Origin: a virus
Taxonomy: Duplodnaviria; Caudoviricetes
Strand: one strand, 5' to 3'
Length of the DNA: 64,000 nucleotides
IMG/VR virus record: IMGVR_UViG_3300027776_000009
Below, piece after piece: positions 1 through 10,362 of the stretch. Made by a program: the position numbers and the translations under genes. A model generated the notes under the pieces. That model worked only from the letters and a program-made list of their open reading frames with translations, was not told the DNA's origin and searched no databases. Position 1 is the stretch's first letter. Each line of letters opens with the position of its first letter.

Positions 1-332
1 TGCACCGCGCTGATCACACTGCGCAACCGCAGCTCGTCATCACCTTCAGTCGACATCATGCGCCACACGGTAATGCTGGCATTGGTGGGGTTAACCGCGG
101 ACTGCGCCACAGCGTAGGCCATCAGTGGAGCAATGCTGCTCAGCCCCACGCTTTGCGCGAAGATGGAGAGCAGATCACTGAGCCACTGATATACCGGTCG
201 CATGAAGTACACTGCTGCTGTATTAACCGCGACGCGTTCACGTCGGGTCTGAAGAGAAACACCAGCATCTTCGTTGATGAAAGGGATAATCTGGCGATTG
301 CCGACGGTTTTGGTTTCAACAGGTGCGTTCAT
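1..332 (-). CDS. Hypothetical protein, 3' end runs off window (MNAPVETKTVGNRQIIPF...)
   Basis: Hand translation gives an open frame from ATG 332 to the window edge. It has an ATGA overlap with the stop of the 329-1207 gene. Confidence 0.7.
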   Translation of the reverse strand, partial: MNAPVETKTVGNRQIIPFINEDAGVSLQTRRERVAVNTAAVYFMRPVYQWLSDLLSIFAQSVGLSSIAPLMAYAVAQSAVNPTNASITVWRMMSTEGDDELRLRSVISAV

Positions 333-1207
333 TGTTCAACTTCCTGAGTGGGTTGGGTATTCAGACGAGCATCGTGCTCATCCATGGCCAGACGGATTTC
401 ATCAGCCAAGGCGTCCGACGTGATCGCTTCGGAGGGTTCTTGCGAAGCCTTGGCGCGGGCGTCTTTACGACGTTGACGCACCCGCTCCCGATAGCGGTCA
501 AACTTTTCCTTCTTCGCGGGGGACAGCTTTTTCTTCGGTTTGGGGACTGATTCAGATTCCGCCGGAGCTTCGTCTTCCTTAATTTCCGGCGGAAGAATAC
601 TCTCCTTCAGCTTGGCAGCTTCGTGCAAGAGGTACTGACTGGGGCGCAGCATGTCGCGGATCACGTTCAGCAAGGTTTCCACGCGTTCTTGGGAATAAGA
701 ACCCGGTGGCAAATGGCGTGAACACCAGCGATCCAGATCGTCACGACCGGTAAAACCGTACCGCGGTGAGAGCGTTACCCGACGGCTACACTCGTCCACA
801 TGCTTACGCAACAGATAAATGACGTGACGGATCGCACGGGTCTTGTGCCGTTCCTTGGAAACCATGAACAACAGTGCCTGGTCTTCCGTCATTCCATCGC
901 TGAGCAGCACCTTGTACTGCCCCTGATTCCAGAGCTTGCGCGTCCAGGGAGTATTCGGCATCAGGAAGATAGACCCCACAGCACCGGGTTCCGCGCGGCC
1001 AGCATAAATGGCCATCCACCCACCCGGGAGCTCCGGGATAACCATGTCTGACCGCCAGAGTACATCCGTAATCAACCGGAAACCTCCTGACTGACCACGT
1101 TCATCCAGTTCGTCCGGAGTGTACTTTGCCAACAGATCCAAGGCTGTCGGCCAGACAATGCCCGTTGCCTTAATCGACCGCATTTGGTCATGCATTGATC
1201 CACGCAT
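329..1207 (-). CDS. Hypothetical protein (292 aa) with charged C-terminus
   Basis: Long ORF with SD GAGGA upstream and an early-promoter-like motif at 1309-1320. Confidence 0.75.
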   Translation of the reverse strand: MRGSMHDQMRSIKATGIVWPTALDLLAKYTPDELDERGQSGGFRLITDVLWRSDMVIPELPGGWMAIYAGRAEPGAVGSIFLMPNTPWTRKLWNQGQYKVLLSDGMTEDQALLFMVSKERHKTRAIRHVIYLLRKHVDECSRRVTLSPRYGFTGRDDLDRWCSRHLPPGSYSQERVETLLNVIRDMLRPSQYLLHEAAKLKESILPPEIKEDEAPAESESVPKPKKKLSPAKKEKFDRYRERVRQRRKDARAKASQEPSEAITSDALADEIRLAMDEHDARLNTQPTQEVEQ

Positions 1208-1308
1208 ATCAGTTTCCTCTTGTTAGTATTGGGTTTTCACCACGTTGTGCCATGCTGCACTTACTATAGTGCTACTGTGTAAACTTCTACACAGACACAG
1301 TCCCTTAA

Positions 1309-1320
1309 GTGATATGTAAT
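1309..1320 (-). promoter_or_regulatory. Degenerate early-promoter-like motif (ATTACATATCAC)
   Basis: Weak match to the ATAYRYACTAC motif, in a divergent intergenic region. Confidence 0.35.
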
Positions 1321-1375
1321 TTCGTCTTTTTCGGTTGCGTAATGATATAGACCCTTACGCACAGGAAACCCCATC

Positions 1376-1966
1376 ATGCCCCCTATGCTACGCCAGCGAG
1401 TGCGTGTGTCACTCGAAAATGAAAAAGATATTGGTCAGGAAGTTCTGGAGCTGGAATATACGTTCTACGGTAAGATCCGAGACTTTACTGAACTGAGCAA
1501 AGCTTTTCGTAAAGAAGAGCACGAGCAATGGATCCTTCCGATTGGTGATGAAAATGCTCCTGTCAGAGCGCGCTTGCGAGCGGTTGATGGGAACGATTTC
1601 CTCTTGACCACCAAGACCAAACGCGATGGTCAACCCGGTGTCTTGGAAATCACGGAAGTGATTCATCACGCTATGTTTAAGCAATTGACCAAGGTCGCTA
1701 TTGATGGGTACAAGAAGACCCGGTACGTTTTCCGTGTCCCCAATTCGGGACTCCTGTGGGAAATCGATGTCTTCCAAAACCAACAAGGCAGCCCCCATGT
1801 CTGGGTGAAGATCGATCTGGAGGTCAAGTCAGCCGAGGATAAGATCCCGCCACTGCCCGTCCAGTTTGATGATTTGATTTTGGTAAATGGTCCGCGTTGG
1901 GATAAAGCCCAAGAGGACTTTGTCGATAACCTGTGGGATAAGGAATGGGCTAAAATTGCTGCCTGA
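1376..1966 (+). CDS. CYTH-like (triphosphate tunnel metalloenzyme) protein
   Basis: ExExxF start motif (ELEYTF), RARLR, LTTK, KTRY, WEIDVF and IDLEV match the CYTH pattern. Confidence 0.7.
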   Translation: MPPMLRQRVRVSLENEKDIGQEVLELEYTFYGKIRDFTELSKAFRKEEHEQWILPIGDENAPVRARLRAVDGNDFLLTTKTKRDGQPGVLEITEVIHHAMFKQLTKVAIDGYKKTRYVFRVPNSGLLWEIDVFQNQQGSPHVWVKIDLEVKSAEDKIPPLPVQFDDLILVNGPRWDKAQEDFVDNLWDKEWAKIAA

Positions 1967-1977
1967 GGAGTGACATT

Positions 1978-4020
1978 GTGGGATTCTTTCGCCGCGCTAT
2001 CGGAATGATCACTGTAGAAGAAGTGGGTGGGGTCATTACGGTGTATAACGTCCCCACCCGTACCATTCATAAGGACATCAAAACCATCTGGGCGACCAGC
2101 CGCATTGGAAGCTATCTCTTTATTGACTTTACCGATTCCTCGTTCCGCATTCCGAGCTTCTTTGCGTTGGAGTTCGAGAAAATCGTTGAGACAATTCTGG
2201 CTTCTAATGCCCGAGATTCTTCACCCAGAGCCCTGCGTCGGATTCTGGAAGAGCTCCGGGAAAGTACCTGGCTGGCGCGCATCAATCAACCCCATGTTCC
2301 TCCGTTGGATCTGACGCATCTCAATGAGATCAAGTTTGACTTGCTGCCGCATCAGATGGACTTTCTGAAGCGATACATGTACATCAAACCCCGTTACAAC
2401 CTACGGGGCGCGCTGCTGATGGTACCGCCTGGAGGTGGTAAGACGATTTCAGATATCTCCATTGCCGTGTGCGCCAAAGCGGAGATTGTCTACATCGTCT
2501 GCCCGAAGAATGCTGTTAATGAAGTCTGGCGAAAGACACTGCTCAATGACATGTCGGTCCCTCAGACTGTCTGGGTGGCTGCTGATGGGAAACCCCTGGA
2601 TCCCGAAGCTCGGTGGCATATCTTCCACTACGAGACCCTGAATCAAGCCGTAGCGCTGACACAACGCGCTCATGGAAAACGAGCCGTGGTCATTCTGGAT
2701 GAGTCCCACAACTTCAACGACATCAAGTCGCTACGTACCGATCTCTTTTTGACTCTGTGTCAGAAAGCAGAACCTACGGACATCGTCTGGGCGTCGGGGA
2801 CTCCGGTGAAAGCCATGGGTCACGAAGCGGTTCCTCTGCTGCGCTCAATTGACCCGCTCTTTACGCCTGATGTAGAGATGCGATTCAAGAAGATTTTTGG
2901 TGCTGACTCTAGTCGTGCCTTGGACATCCTGAACCATCGCTTGGGGATTGTTTCCTTTAAAGTCCCTAAGTCGAACTTCATGTCCGAGAAACCGATCATT
3001 AATGATGTCACGGTTACGATCCCCAATGCGGTGCGGTATACACTGCCGTACATCAAAGAGGTCATGATCAAGTACATCAAAGAGCGTATGGATTTCTACA
3101 CCAAGAATCGTCCGCAGTATGAAGCGATGTACTACAACTGTCTGCGTGACTACGAGCGCACGATCCGGTCCTCGGATGAGCGTGAGAAATACCGCGTCTA
3201 TACGGACAACGTCAAGACCTTTATCAAGTACGGATTTGACGCGCGTACCATGGGACCTCAGGCACTGTACTGTAACCGCTTTGAAAAGGAACACATCCTC
3301 CCGGTGTTGTCGCAATCTCAGCGTAAACCTTTCATTGACGCGAAGTCTGTCGTGAAGTACGTGGAGCTCAAAGTACGCGGCGAGTGCTTGGGGCGTATTC
3401 TGTCCAAAGAGCGCGAGCAGTGCCATATCGAAATGGTAGCTAGCGTGGACTTTGAACAGTACATTGACACGGCAGAAAAGAAGACGTTGGTCTTTACCAG
3501 CTATGTGGGGGTGGTTGACACAGCACATGCGCGTCTGCAAGGTCTTGGGTACACGCCGCTGCGTGTCTATGGCGATACAAACAGTGAGCTCCAGAGCATT
3601 GTCAAGCAGTTCAAAGAGAATGAGGATATCAATCCCCTCATCGCGACGTATCAATCTCTCTCCACGGCTGTTCCTTTGATCATGGCGAATAACCTGATCA
3701 TGTTGAACTCCCCGTTCCGTTACCACGAGCAAGAGCAGGCTATCTCTCGCTGTTTACGTTTGGGTCAGGACAAAACAGTAACGGTCTACCGCGTGTTCTT
3801 GAATACGGGTAAGGTCCCTAATCTGTCTACTCGATCTGAAGACATCAACGAGTGGAGTCGACAGCAGGTGGACGCTATTATTGGGATTGACAGCAGCACT
3901 GATATGGGTTTCGGTATGGAAAGTATCGAAGACAGTCTTTACTGTGTTGATCCGCCCCATGTGGAACCTGTTACAGGTCAAGCATCTGACTACCGTAAGC
4001 CAGCATCCGCTAGCTGGTAA
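1978..4020 (+). CDS. SNF2/SF2 DEXH helicase
   Basis: Walker A PPGGGKT, DESH, SGTP, motif VI QAISRCLRLGQ. GTG start with SD GAGGAG. Confidence 0.9.
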   Translation: MGFFRRAIGMITVEEVGGVITVYNVPTRTIHKDIKTIWATSRIGSYLFIDFTDSSFRIPSFFALEFEKIVETILASNARDSSPRALRRILEELRESTWLARINQPHVPPLDLTHLNEIKFDLLPHQMDFLKRYMYIKPRYNLRGALLMVPPGGGKTISDISIAVCAKAEIVYIVCPKNAVNEVWRKTLLNDMSVPQTVWVAADGKPLDPEARWHIFHYETLNQAVALTQRAHGKRAVVILDESHNFNDIKSLRTDLFLTLCQKAEPTDIVWASGTPVKAMGHEAVPLLRSIDPLFTPDVEMRFKKIFGADSSRALDILNHRLGIVSFKVPKSNFMSEKPIINDVTVTIPNAVRYTLPYIKEVMIKYIKERMDFYTKNRPQYEAMYYNCLRDYERTIRSSDEREKYRVYTDNVKTFIKYGFDARTMGPQALYCNRFEKEHILPVLSQSQRKPFIDAKSVVKYVELKVRGECLGRILSKEREQCHIEMVASVDFEQYIDTAEKKTLVFTSYVGVVDTAHARLQGLGYTPLRVYGDTNSELQSIVKQFKENEDINPLIATYQSLSTAVPLIMANNLIMLNSPFRYHEQEQAISRCLRLGQDKTVTVYRVFLNTGKVPNLSTRSEDINEWSRQQVDAIIGIDSSTDMGFGMESIEDSLYCVDPPHVEPVTGQASDYRKPASASW

Positions 4021-4043
4021 CTTAACCCCCTGAGGAAAGTATC

Positions 4044-5393
4044 ATGAGCAACAAACTGTATTACAAGCTTGGCTTGGAAGAGTTGACTGATCCTGTCGAA
4101 GACACACCGGTTGACGAAGTCGGTACCGTTGAGGCTGCTGCTGAAAAGCAAACCGATATCCAGACCGACCTGGGAGATATCGAGAAACTGCAAGATGACA
4201 ACGAAACTCTTCAGCAAGCTGCCGTCGCGCTTGAAAATGCTTTGAAGAATGGTCATCCCGCAGAATCACTGACATTCATCCGTCAAACCATTCATCGCAT
4301 TGACAACCGCTGGGGTATGCACCACCGCATCGCGTCCATGGAAAGTGCGTCGAGCGATGCCGAACTGATTGCTTCGATGGAAAGCGCTGTTGTGGACGGT
4401 ATCAAGAAGACCGGCAAGGCTATCTGGGAAATGCTCAAGCGCGTTTGGGCGAAGCTAAAGGAATGGGTCGGGCTACTGATCGAGAAAATCGGTAATGGCG
4501 GCAAGAAGTTGGGCGCCAAGCTCAAGCGTTCCAAGGAACTGGTTGAGATTGTTCCCAAGGAAAAAACTCACGAAGTTGATTACGCTCTGCTTGAACAAGC
4601 TATTGGTGAAAGCACAGTTGCACGCACACTTGAAATGTTCAATGTGGATGACGCTGGTGGGTGTGGGGGTGTAGCTGTACTGGAGCATATTACAGCGAAC
4701 ATTGATTCGGTAATCAATGCCATGACAGGCTCTTTCTCACTGCTTTGGCTTCTTGCTAATAAACTCAAACCGTCATCTACGGTCGAAGACGCCGGCGAAA
4801 TCGTGACTGAATACGTCGACGACGTGTTACCACGACGGTACACAGGCGAAAGTAGTTTGAAGGCAGCACTTGGTGCTCCGGACGTCTGGATTTTACATCC
4901 ATTGTTGTCAATCGGTTACGGTGGTGCAGTGATCAATGGTGGTGACTACGGTAAGCATAACCCCACTCCCCCGACACCTAGGCTTATGATCCATAAGACC
5001 AACTACTACGACAGAATATCAAAGGAGATACCTGACCAAGCTGCTGTTGCTAAGCGTTTGATTATTACCTCACCAGCCGACATGGTCAAAGTCGGCGCCG
5101 CTCATGAGAAGTTTACTGAGGTGGTAAAGAACGCGGTTGAGCATTGCGATAAGATTTATCGCGAGCATAGTGCTAAATTAGCCACGTTCTGCGATAGTAT
5201 TCCAGAAGGTAGCAATCTCTCGCTCAACAGCTACCTGCGGAAACTCATCAGTGAATCAGGATCATCCGTCACATCGCTGTTTAGCAGTCTTGCTGGTTAC
5301 CAGGCAGTGGTTCTGCATATGACAGAAACTTATGTTATTGTCATGAACCGCTATTGGGAACTCGTGGCAAAAAAGACCAAGCCGACGGAGTAA
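4044..5393 (+). CDS. Inner-head (phiKZ internal head family) protein paralog
   Basis: MSNKLYYKLGLEEL leader, acidic propeptide, ASMES twice, then an amphipathic WEMLKRVWAKLKEW helix shared with 57778-59187. Confidence 0.8.
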   Translation: MSNKLYYKLGLEELTDPVEDTPVDEVGTVEAAAEKQTDIQTDLGDIEKLQDDNETLQQAAVALENALKNGHPAESLTFIRQTIHRIDNRWGMHHRIASMESASSDAELIASMESAVVDGIKKTGKAIWEMLKRVWAKLKEWVGLLIEKIGNGGKKLGAKLKRSKELVEIVPKEKTHEVDYALLEQAIGESTVARTLEMFNVDDAGGCGGVAVLEHITANIDSVINAMTGSFSLLWLLANKLKPSSTVEDAGEIVTEYVDDVLPRRYTGESSLKAALGAPDVWILHPLLSIGYGGAVINGGDYGKHNPTPPTPRLMIHKTNYYDRISKEIPDQAAVAKRLIITSPADMVKVGAAHEKFTEVVKNAVEHCDKIYREHSAKLATFCDSIPEGSNLSLNSYLRKLISESGSSVTSLFSSLAGYQAVVLHMTETYVIVMNRYWELVAKKTKPTE

Positions 5394-5420
5394 CGTTAAG
5401 GTCGTGTGTTTTACGTAACA

Positions 5421-5455
5421 GCATAACGGGAGGGGCAATTGCCCCTCCCTATGCC
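5421..5455. terminator. Bidirectional hairpin flanked by GCATA/TATGCC
   Basis: GGGAGGGGC-AATT-GCCCCTCCC (5428-5449) between convergent genes. Confidence 0.75.
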
Positions 5456-7933
5456 TTATGAGATTTCCACATGTTGGTTGTAGGTCTGTGGTAGGTTCAA
5501 GATGTTGGCTGTGTTAGTCACTAACACCTCGACCCCTTGGAACGCCCCGTGCATGTGAAAGTAGTGAGAGATCATAAACAATTGCGAACACCGTTTGGTT
5601 TCCACAAACTGTTTAATGAACATGATGATGTTGGAGCGATGCAGTTCATCAAAGGTGATAGCCACCTCATCCAGATACAGAGGGTGATCCTCTAGACCCG
5701 AATACAGACTAACCACCAGCTTGAAGGCTAGATTAACCATCGCTACTTGAGACGCTGACCCGTGCTTAATGTCGCCGTCGCGCTGAGTCTTCCCTTTAAC
5801 TGAGAAGGGGAACTCGTAGGTCAGTTCGGACTTACTGTCTTCAGGACACGGGAGTACTTTCAGATCCGATGTCCACACCTGTGCAATGATAGCATTGAGT
5901 TGATCGGTAAAGACCTCCACAAACCCCTTCATCATCTCAGCGATCAATCCATCAGTCGGCGATAGTTCCTTAACCAAAATAGCGTAAGCCTCTTGGTTCT
6001 TAACCGCTTCGTCGTAGCTACGCTGTAAATCCGCCACTAAAGTAGCCGCATTACGCGCCTTATTGAGGGCGGCTTCCGCAGTCGCCAACAGGATCTGGTT
6101 TGAATGTATATCCTTGTCCAATTCTGCATTACGAATCGCTCGTACCAAGTCATGTAAGGTTTCATCAAGCGTATCGTGCTGAACATTCAACTCATCGGTC
6201 TTAGCCTGTATGAATTGAACCCAGCGACGATAGTTCAGGACCTCATCGAGTTCGGCTTGTGACATCTCAACATCGATAAGATCTTCCTCCAGAGAACCTA
6301 AGAGTTCGGCAAGATACGATTCCAACTGTCCCGACTTAGCTGTCTCGGTGGATCGCAGTTGGTCCACAGTGGTCCGTATATCCTTGATCTGGTGCGCAAT
6401 GTGATCAGCATCTATCAAACGCGATAAATCAGCTCGCCAGGCAACAATCGCAGCAATACCTGCCTTAGGTGAGGCACCTCGATCCCATACCGACCCAATC
6501 GCTCCCCACAGAGACTTCAGAGCGGGGTGTTGTCGGATGATTGCATTGAGACGATTGACGCATTCCCGATACATGCGGTGTTCATCGAAGAATGTCGAGA
6601 GCGACGTTTGCTCCTTCTCCAACCGTGCCGTTGTATTCTCATTATCAATCAAGTAATCACGAATGCTCTCAACATCGCCATTGTTGACACCGGGTTTCCA
6701 CAGGTAGCCACACTTGGGGCAGTTGATGTGCTCGATCTTTTCAAGATGCATCAGTCGGTGCTCAGCTTTAGTACCATCACGTCGCAGTTGATCAAGACGC
6801 AATCCAAGGCTATCAAATGCCTGCTGAGCCTCCTTAACCGCCTCTTCTGAGAACCGATACCCGCTGTTTACTGGCATCGTGCTCAGGATGTCGTTCAGAT
6901 CGATCTGTAAGGCCTCTGTTTCGCGTAATAACTGTTCAGCCTGAGGTAGGTAGCGTCTGTCCTCAGGCAGGGCTTCTAGGGCCTCTGCGTGAGTCTTAAG
7001 CAACGCAGCGAGTTTCTCCTCAAGTTCCTGAACGTTTCCGGCAGACGCCATCTTTAGCGTTTCAACGGCCTGATGGATTCTACCCGCTTCGGTTTGTGTC
7101 CGTTCACAACGCGCTTTGGACGCACTCAGATGCTCACGCAGTCGGAGCTCATGCGCTGCCATATTGTGAAACCCTACCTGTCGCAGCCCAACGGGGGTTG
7201 CTTTATGTTGATTCAATATGGCATCCGCGAGTTTTTCACACTCACGCAGGGTTTGCTGATAGAGATTTTCAGCGCGCTGGAGGGGTGGTACGTTAGGTTC
7301 TCGGGATCCTAGATAGATGTTGAGTTCACGTACCAGTGTTCGTGTCTCTTCTTCCATCTTAGCAATGTCTTCTAGCGAGGGGAGACGAGTTACTTCCTCA
7401 GCCAAACGCTTAGCCAGATGTTTTACCACGCCTTTGGTATCTCGATGGATAGTCCGCAGCCGCTCCCAAATCCCTAAGGCATAACTCATATCGCTCCCAG
7501 AGAGCCTCATCAGCCACGACCGACGCTCCAAAGCAGGCATTAGTGTAAAGCTATCGATGTCCAGTAGGACATCCATGAGTTTCTGATCCAGACCCAAATG
7601 TTCCTGTATGAGAGCTTTCTGAACCGTTGCGGTTCGTCCGGGATTTAGAGCTTCCCCATTACGCGTAAACGTATGACTTACTCCTTGTGTAAAATCAGAC
7701 AGGAGTACGTACTGACTTCCCTTATCCGTAAACTCGATTTGCTTACACCCCCCGGGGTGATAGTCCGCTTTGTTAGCCGGCATCGGAGTCAACTCACGAA
7801 GCAAGGTGGTTTTACCCGATCCGTTGGTTCCAATAATCAATTGATGGACTGCCTCGGGTCGGTAGTCAACTTCATGGATCCCCATGAGGTCCAGCCAAAT
7901 ATTCCCTTTCAGATAGAGTCGTGTAATAATCAT
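5456..7933 (-). CDS. sbcC: SbcC/Rad50-like SMC ATPase
   Basis: Walker A GTNGSGKT, long coiled coils, CPKC zinc hook, GSASQ signature, LYLDE Walker B, SH loop. Start moved to MIITRL (SD GAGGAAGG). Confidence 0.9.
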   Translation of the reverse strand: MIITRLYLKGNIWLDLMGIHEVDYRPEAVHQLIIGTNGSGKTTLLRELTPMPANKADYHPGGCKQIEFTDKGSQYVLLSDFTQGVSHTFTRNGEALNPGRTATVQKALIQEHLGLDQKLMDVLLDIDSFTLMPALERRSWLMRLSGSDMSYALGIWERLRTIHRDTKGVVKHLAKRLAEEVTRLPSLEDIAKMEEETRTLVRELNIYLGSREPNVPPLQRAENLYQQTLRECEKLADAILNQHKATPVGLRQVGFHNMAAHELRLREHLSASKARCERTQTEAGRIHQAVETLKMASAGNVQELEEKLAALLKTHAEALEALPEDRRYLPQAEQLLRETEALQIDLNDILSTMPVNSGYRFSEEAVKEAQQAFDSLGLRLDQLRRDGTKAEHRLMHLEKIEHINCPKCGYLWKPGVNNGDVESIRDYLIDNENTTARLEKEQTSLSTFFDEHRMYRECVNRLNAIIRQHPALKSLWGAIGSVWDRGASPKAGIAAIVAWRADLSRLIDADHIAHQIKDIRTTVDQLRSTETAKSGQLESYLAELLGSLEEDLIDVEMSQAELDEVLNYRRWVQFIQAKTDELNVQHDTLDETLHDLVRAIRNAELDKDIHSNQILLATAEAALNKARNAATLVADLQRSYDEAVKNQEAYAILVKELSPTDGLIAEMMKGFVEVFTDQLNAIIAQVWTSDLKVLPCPEDSKSELTYEFPFSVKGKTQRDGDIKHGSASQVAMVNLAFKLVVSLYSGLEDHPLYLDEVAITFDELHRSNIIMFIKQFVETKRCSQLFMISHYFHMHGAFQGVEVLVTNTANILNLPQTYNQHVEIS

Positions 7934-7995
7934 TGCCGCCTTCCTCATAACGCACATAGGTGGAGGCAATCTGTCTTTTTCTACAGGAGCATCAC

Positions 7996-9009
7996 ATGCA
8001 GCTCTCTAAACTCCATTGCTATTCCGTCGGATACGCTGTTGAAAACAAAGCCCTGTCGTCTTGGGATCTGGAAGTCTATCCCGTCGAGGTGCTGGGGTAT
8101 GCGGAAGGAGAGGTCTCTGCGGATCGAGGTGAAGATACCGCCGAAGGCGTCGACGCCTTTGGGCAGAAATACAGCGTCCGTGTGGAGATGTCTCACTCCA
8201 TTAAAGCCCGCTGGCTCAGCTTTGAAAGTAATCGCAAAACCCCACCCGATGTACGAAGGGGGGAGAAGGTCTACATTTACCGGTTTGCGGATGTCGACAA
8301 GTACTATTGGATGTCGGATAAGGAGTCTGAGTACCTCCGGCGTTTAGAAACCGTGGTTTATGCGATCAGCGCCACGCGTGATGAAGCCACTAAGGTCCTG
8401 ACACCTGAAAACACCTATTACTTGGAAATGTCGTCGCACACCAAGCAGATTACACTGCATACGTCCAAAGCAGACGGGGAACCGTTTGCATATACGTTTC
8501 AATTCAATCTGAAAGAAGGTGCTGTTGTCTTGGAGGACGATGACGGAAACTCGTTCCAACTGGATAGCGCTGAGCGCCAGTTAACCCTGAAGAACAAAGA
8601 CGGAAGTATGCTGGATGTCAATAAGCGTGATATCCTGATCGAAGCTCCGGACTCTGTGACGGTGAAAACCAAGGCGTATAACGTCATCTCGGACACGATT
8701 AAGCGAGTGGTCAAGAGCTCAATTACCGATGTGACTCCGCTTTATCAGGCGACTATTGTCCAGACTAACTTCACGGGTAAAGTGAATGTAGCGGGTCTGA
8801 CCTCGCTACTGGGTGGGATTACCACCGCGGGTAGCGCAGGTGCTGTCACAGCAACCATTAGTATCCCGATTACCATGACAAGCACAACCACTATGTCGGG
8901 TAATGCTGCGGTGAGTGGTACCTTCACGGTCAACGGCATCGATTGTGGTAGCACCCATGTCCACGTGTCTGCCGCCCCGGGTTCTGATACATCTGCACCA
9001 AAACCATAA
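7996..9009 (+). CDS. Baseplate central spike (gpV/gp5-like; phiKZ gp164-like)
   Basis: OB-fold-like N-terminus (TPPDVRRGEKV), beta-strand repeats and a C-terminal HxH apex (THVH...TSAP). SD AGGAG. Confidence 0.8.
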   Translation: MQLSKLHCYSVGYAVENKALSSWDLEVYPVEVLGYAEGEVSADRGEDTAEGVDAFGQKYSVRVEMSHSIKARWLSFESNRKTPPDVRRGEKVYIYRFADVDKYYWMSDKESEYLRRLETVVYAISATRDEATKVLTPENTYYLEMSSHTKQITLHTSKADGEPFAYTFQFNLKEGAVVLEDDDGNSFQLDSAERQLTLKNKDGSMLDVNKRDILIEAPDSVTVKTKAYNVISDTIKRVVKSSITDVTPLYQATIVQTNFTGKVNVAGLTSLLGGITTAGSAGAVTATISIPITMTSTTTMSGNAAVSGTFTVNGIDCGSTHVHVSAAPGSDTSAPKP

Positions 9010-9010
9010 C

Positions 9011-9045
9011 GACATAGGAGGGGCGAAAGCCCCTCCGGTTATGTC
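9011..9045. terminator. Bidirectional hairpin flanked by GACATA/TATGTC
   Basis: GGAGGGGC-GAAA-GCCCCTCC (9017-9036) between convergent genes. Confidence 0.75.
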
Positions 9046-10286
9046 CGTCGTGTCGATTGCAGTTTGAATAGCTCCGGTTTGGCTTTCCATGGCAAATTGG
9101 GATCTTCGGTGATATGCGCCACGGACAAGATTTCCCGAATCGTAGAGTCGTGTGCATAGTGCTTCTGTAAGCCCAAGCGCGTGCGTATAACCCACATGCC
9201 TCGCTGACCCACCCGCATGTACTCAATCATCTTTCCTGACTGCGTACGGAGCGGATAGAGGGGTTCTGATGGATGCTCGTAGACTCCCGGTGTTGTTGTC
9301 TCACCCACGGGAATGGTTTCCCAATGCAGGTCTGGAGTATCAACAATAATCAAGAACGTGAGTGCGTGTGTGAGCAAGCTGTCAATAAAGGCTGCAGTTC
9401 TTAGTTCGGGATACGCCAGCGACCCCGGGCGATGAGTAGATTCTGCCTCGGAAAAGAGCGGGAGTTTCAAGCGTTCTCGCAATTCAAAATACCGAGCACT
9501 CCAATCCATATCGGTGAAGTTCAGGCGGATAATACCGTTCTCTTCGGAGATGACATCGATAACGCGATCCTCAACATGTAGGTAACCCCCCAAGGACACC
9601 ATGATGCTCTTATTCGACAGAGGTTGCCCAACTGACAAATAGACCACCCGAGATGGGTCTGTTCCCGCATATGTCAACCGCATCTCTGGTGTAATAGGGA
9701 TCTGCTCAACATCCCCCAGATTAACCATGCTCCACACCCCCACATCATTCCCTGCAAACTCATCGGGCTGTGCGGCTCCATGTTTAACCAAAATACGCTC
9801 TTCACCGTACGGAACAGTCCGATGAAGTAACCCATTCACTGTGACCAACGCCTTTGTTTGCAGCTCTATTGGATCGATATAGCTTTTGTAGATCAAGAGA
9901 TCGTCGTACGTTTCACCAGCAAGCTTTGGCGTGTCTGGGTGTGTACTCACCACCTTCTTGATTTTAAACTGCTGTTGCCACGCATCTGCATAAAGCGCGC
10001 TGCCAGTCGTGTAAACAGGCTCAGTCGATAACTCTGGTAGTGCACCATCCGGTATGGAGAGGAGCCAGTCTTCCAGCGCGAGGTTCAGATAGCGTGCAGT
10101 GGTAGCACGAAAGGCGTTGATGTCTACGTATCGTTCCTGCGCATTTAAGCCTGGACAAACGACGACCAAATGCCCGTTACTGTAATTCAGAAACAGAGCA
10201 GATAACGTCACTAGCGACAGATCCGTGGGTTTCCACGTCTGATTTTTGCCACGGAGTTTTGCCGTGGCGCTAACGTATTGATACAT
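9039..10286 (-). CDS. Putative virion structural protein conserved in phiKZ-like phages
   Basis: 415 aa ORF with SD GGAG. TVNGLLH and SLGGYLH motifs resemble phiKZ-like structural proteins (recalled). Confidence 0.65.
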   Translation of the reverse strand: MYQYVSATAKLRGKNQTWKPTDLSLVTLSALFLNYSNGHLVVVCPGLNAQERYVDINAFRATTARYLNLALEDWLLSIPDGALPELSTEPVYTTGSALYADAWQQQFKIKKVVSTHPDTPKLAGETYDDLLIYKSYIDPIELQTKALVTVNGLLHRTVPYGEERILVKHGAAQPDEFAGNDVGVWSMVNLGDVEQIPITPEMRLTYAGTDPSRVVYLSVGQPLSNKSIMVSLGGYLHVEDRVIDVISEENGIIRLNFTDMDWSARYFELRERLKLPLFSEAESTHRPGSLAYPELRTAAFIDSLLTHALTFLIIVDTPDLHWETIPVGETTTPGVYEHPSEPLYPLRTQSGKMIEYMRVGQRGMWVIRTRLGLQKHYAHDSTIREILSVAHITEDPNLPWKAKPELFKLQSTRRT

Positions 10287-10362
10287 GGTAAACTCCGGTC
10301 TATGTTATGACTGCCCCTGAACGGGCCCATATTCTTAAGTTTGCAAAGAGAGTGAGGTGGCT

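Noticed and set aside
1208-1375. Possible tRNA or ncRNA in the divergent intergenic gap
   Set aside because: No cloverleaf, T-loop (GTTCRA) or CCA end. Only a short imperfect stem and a weak promoter-like motif.
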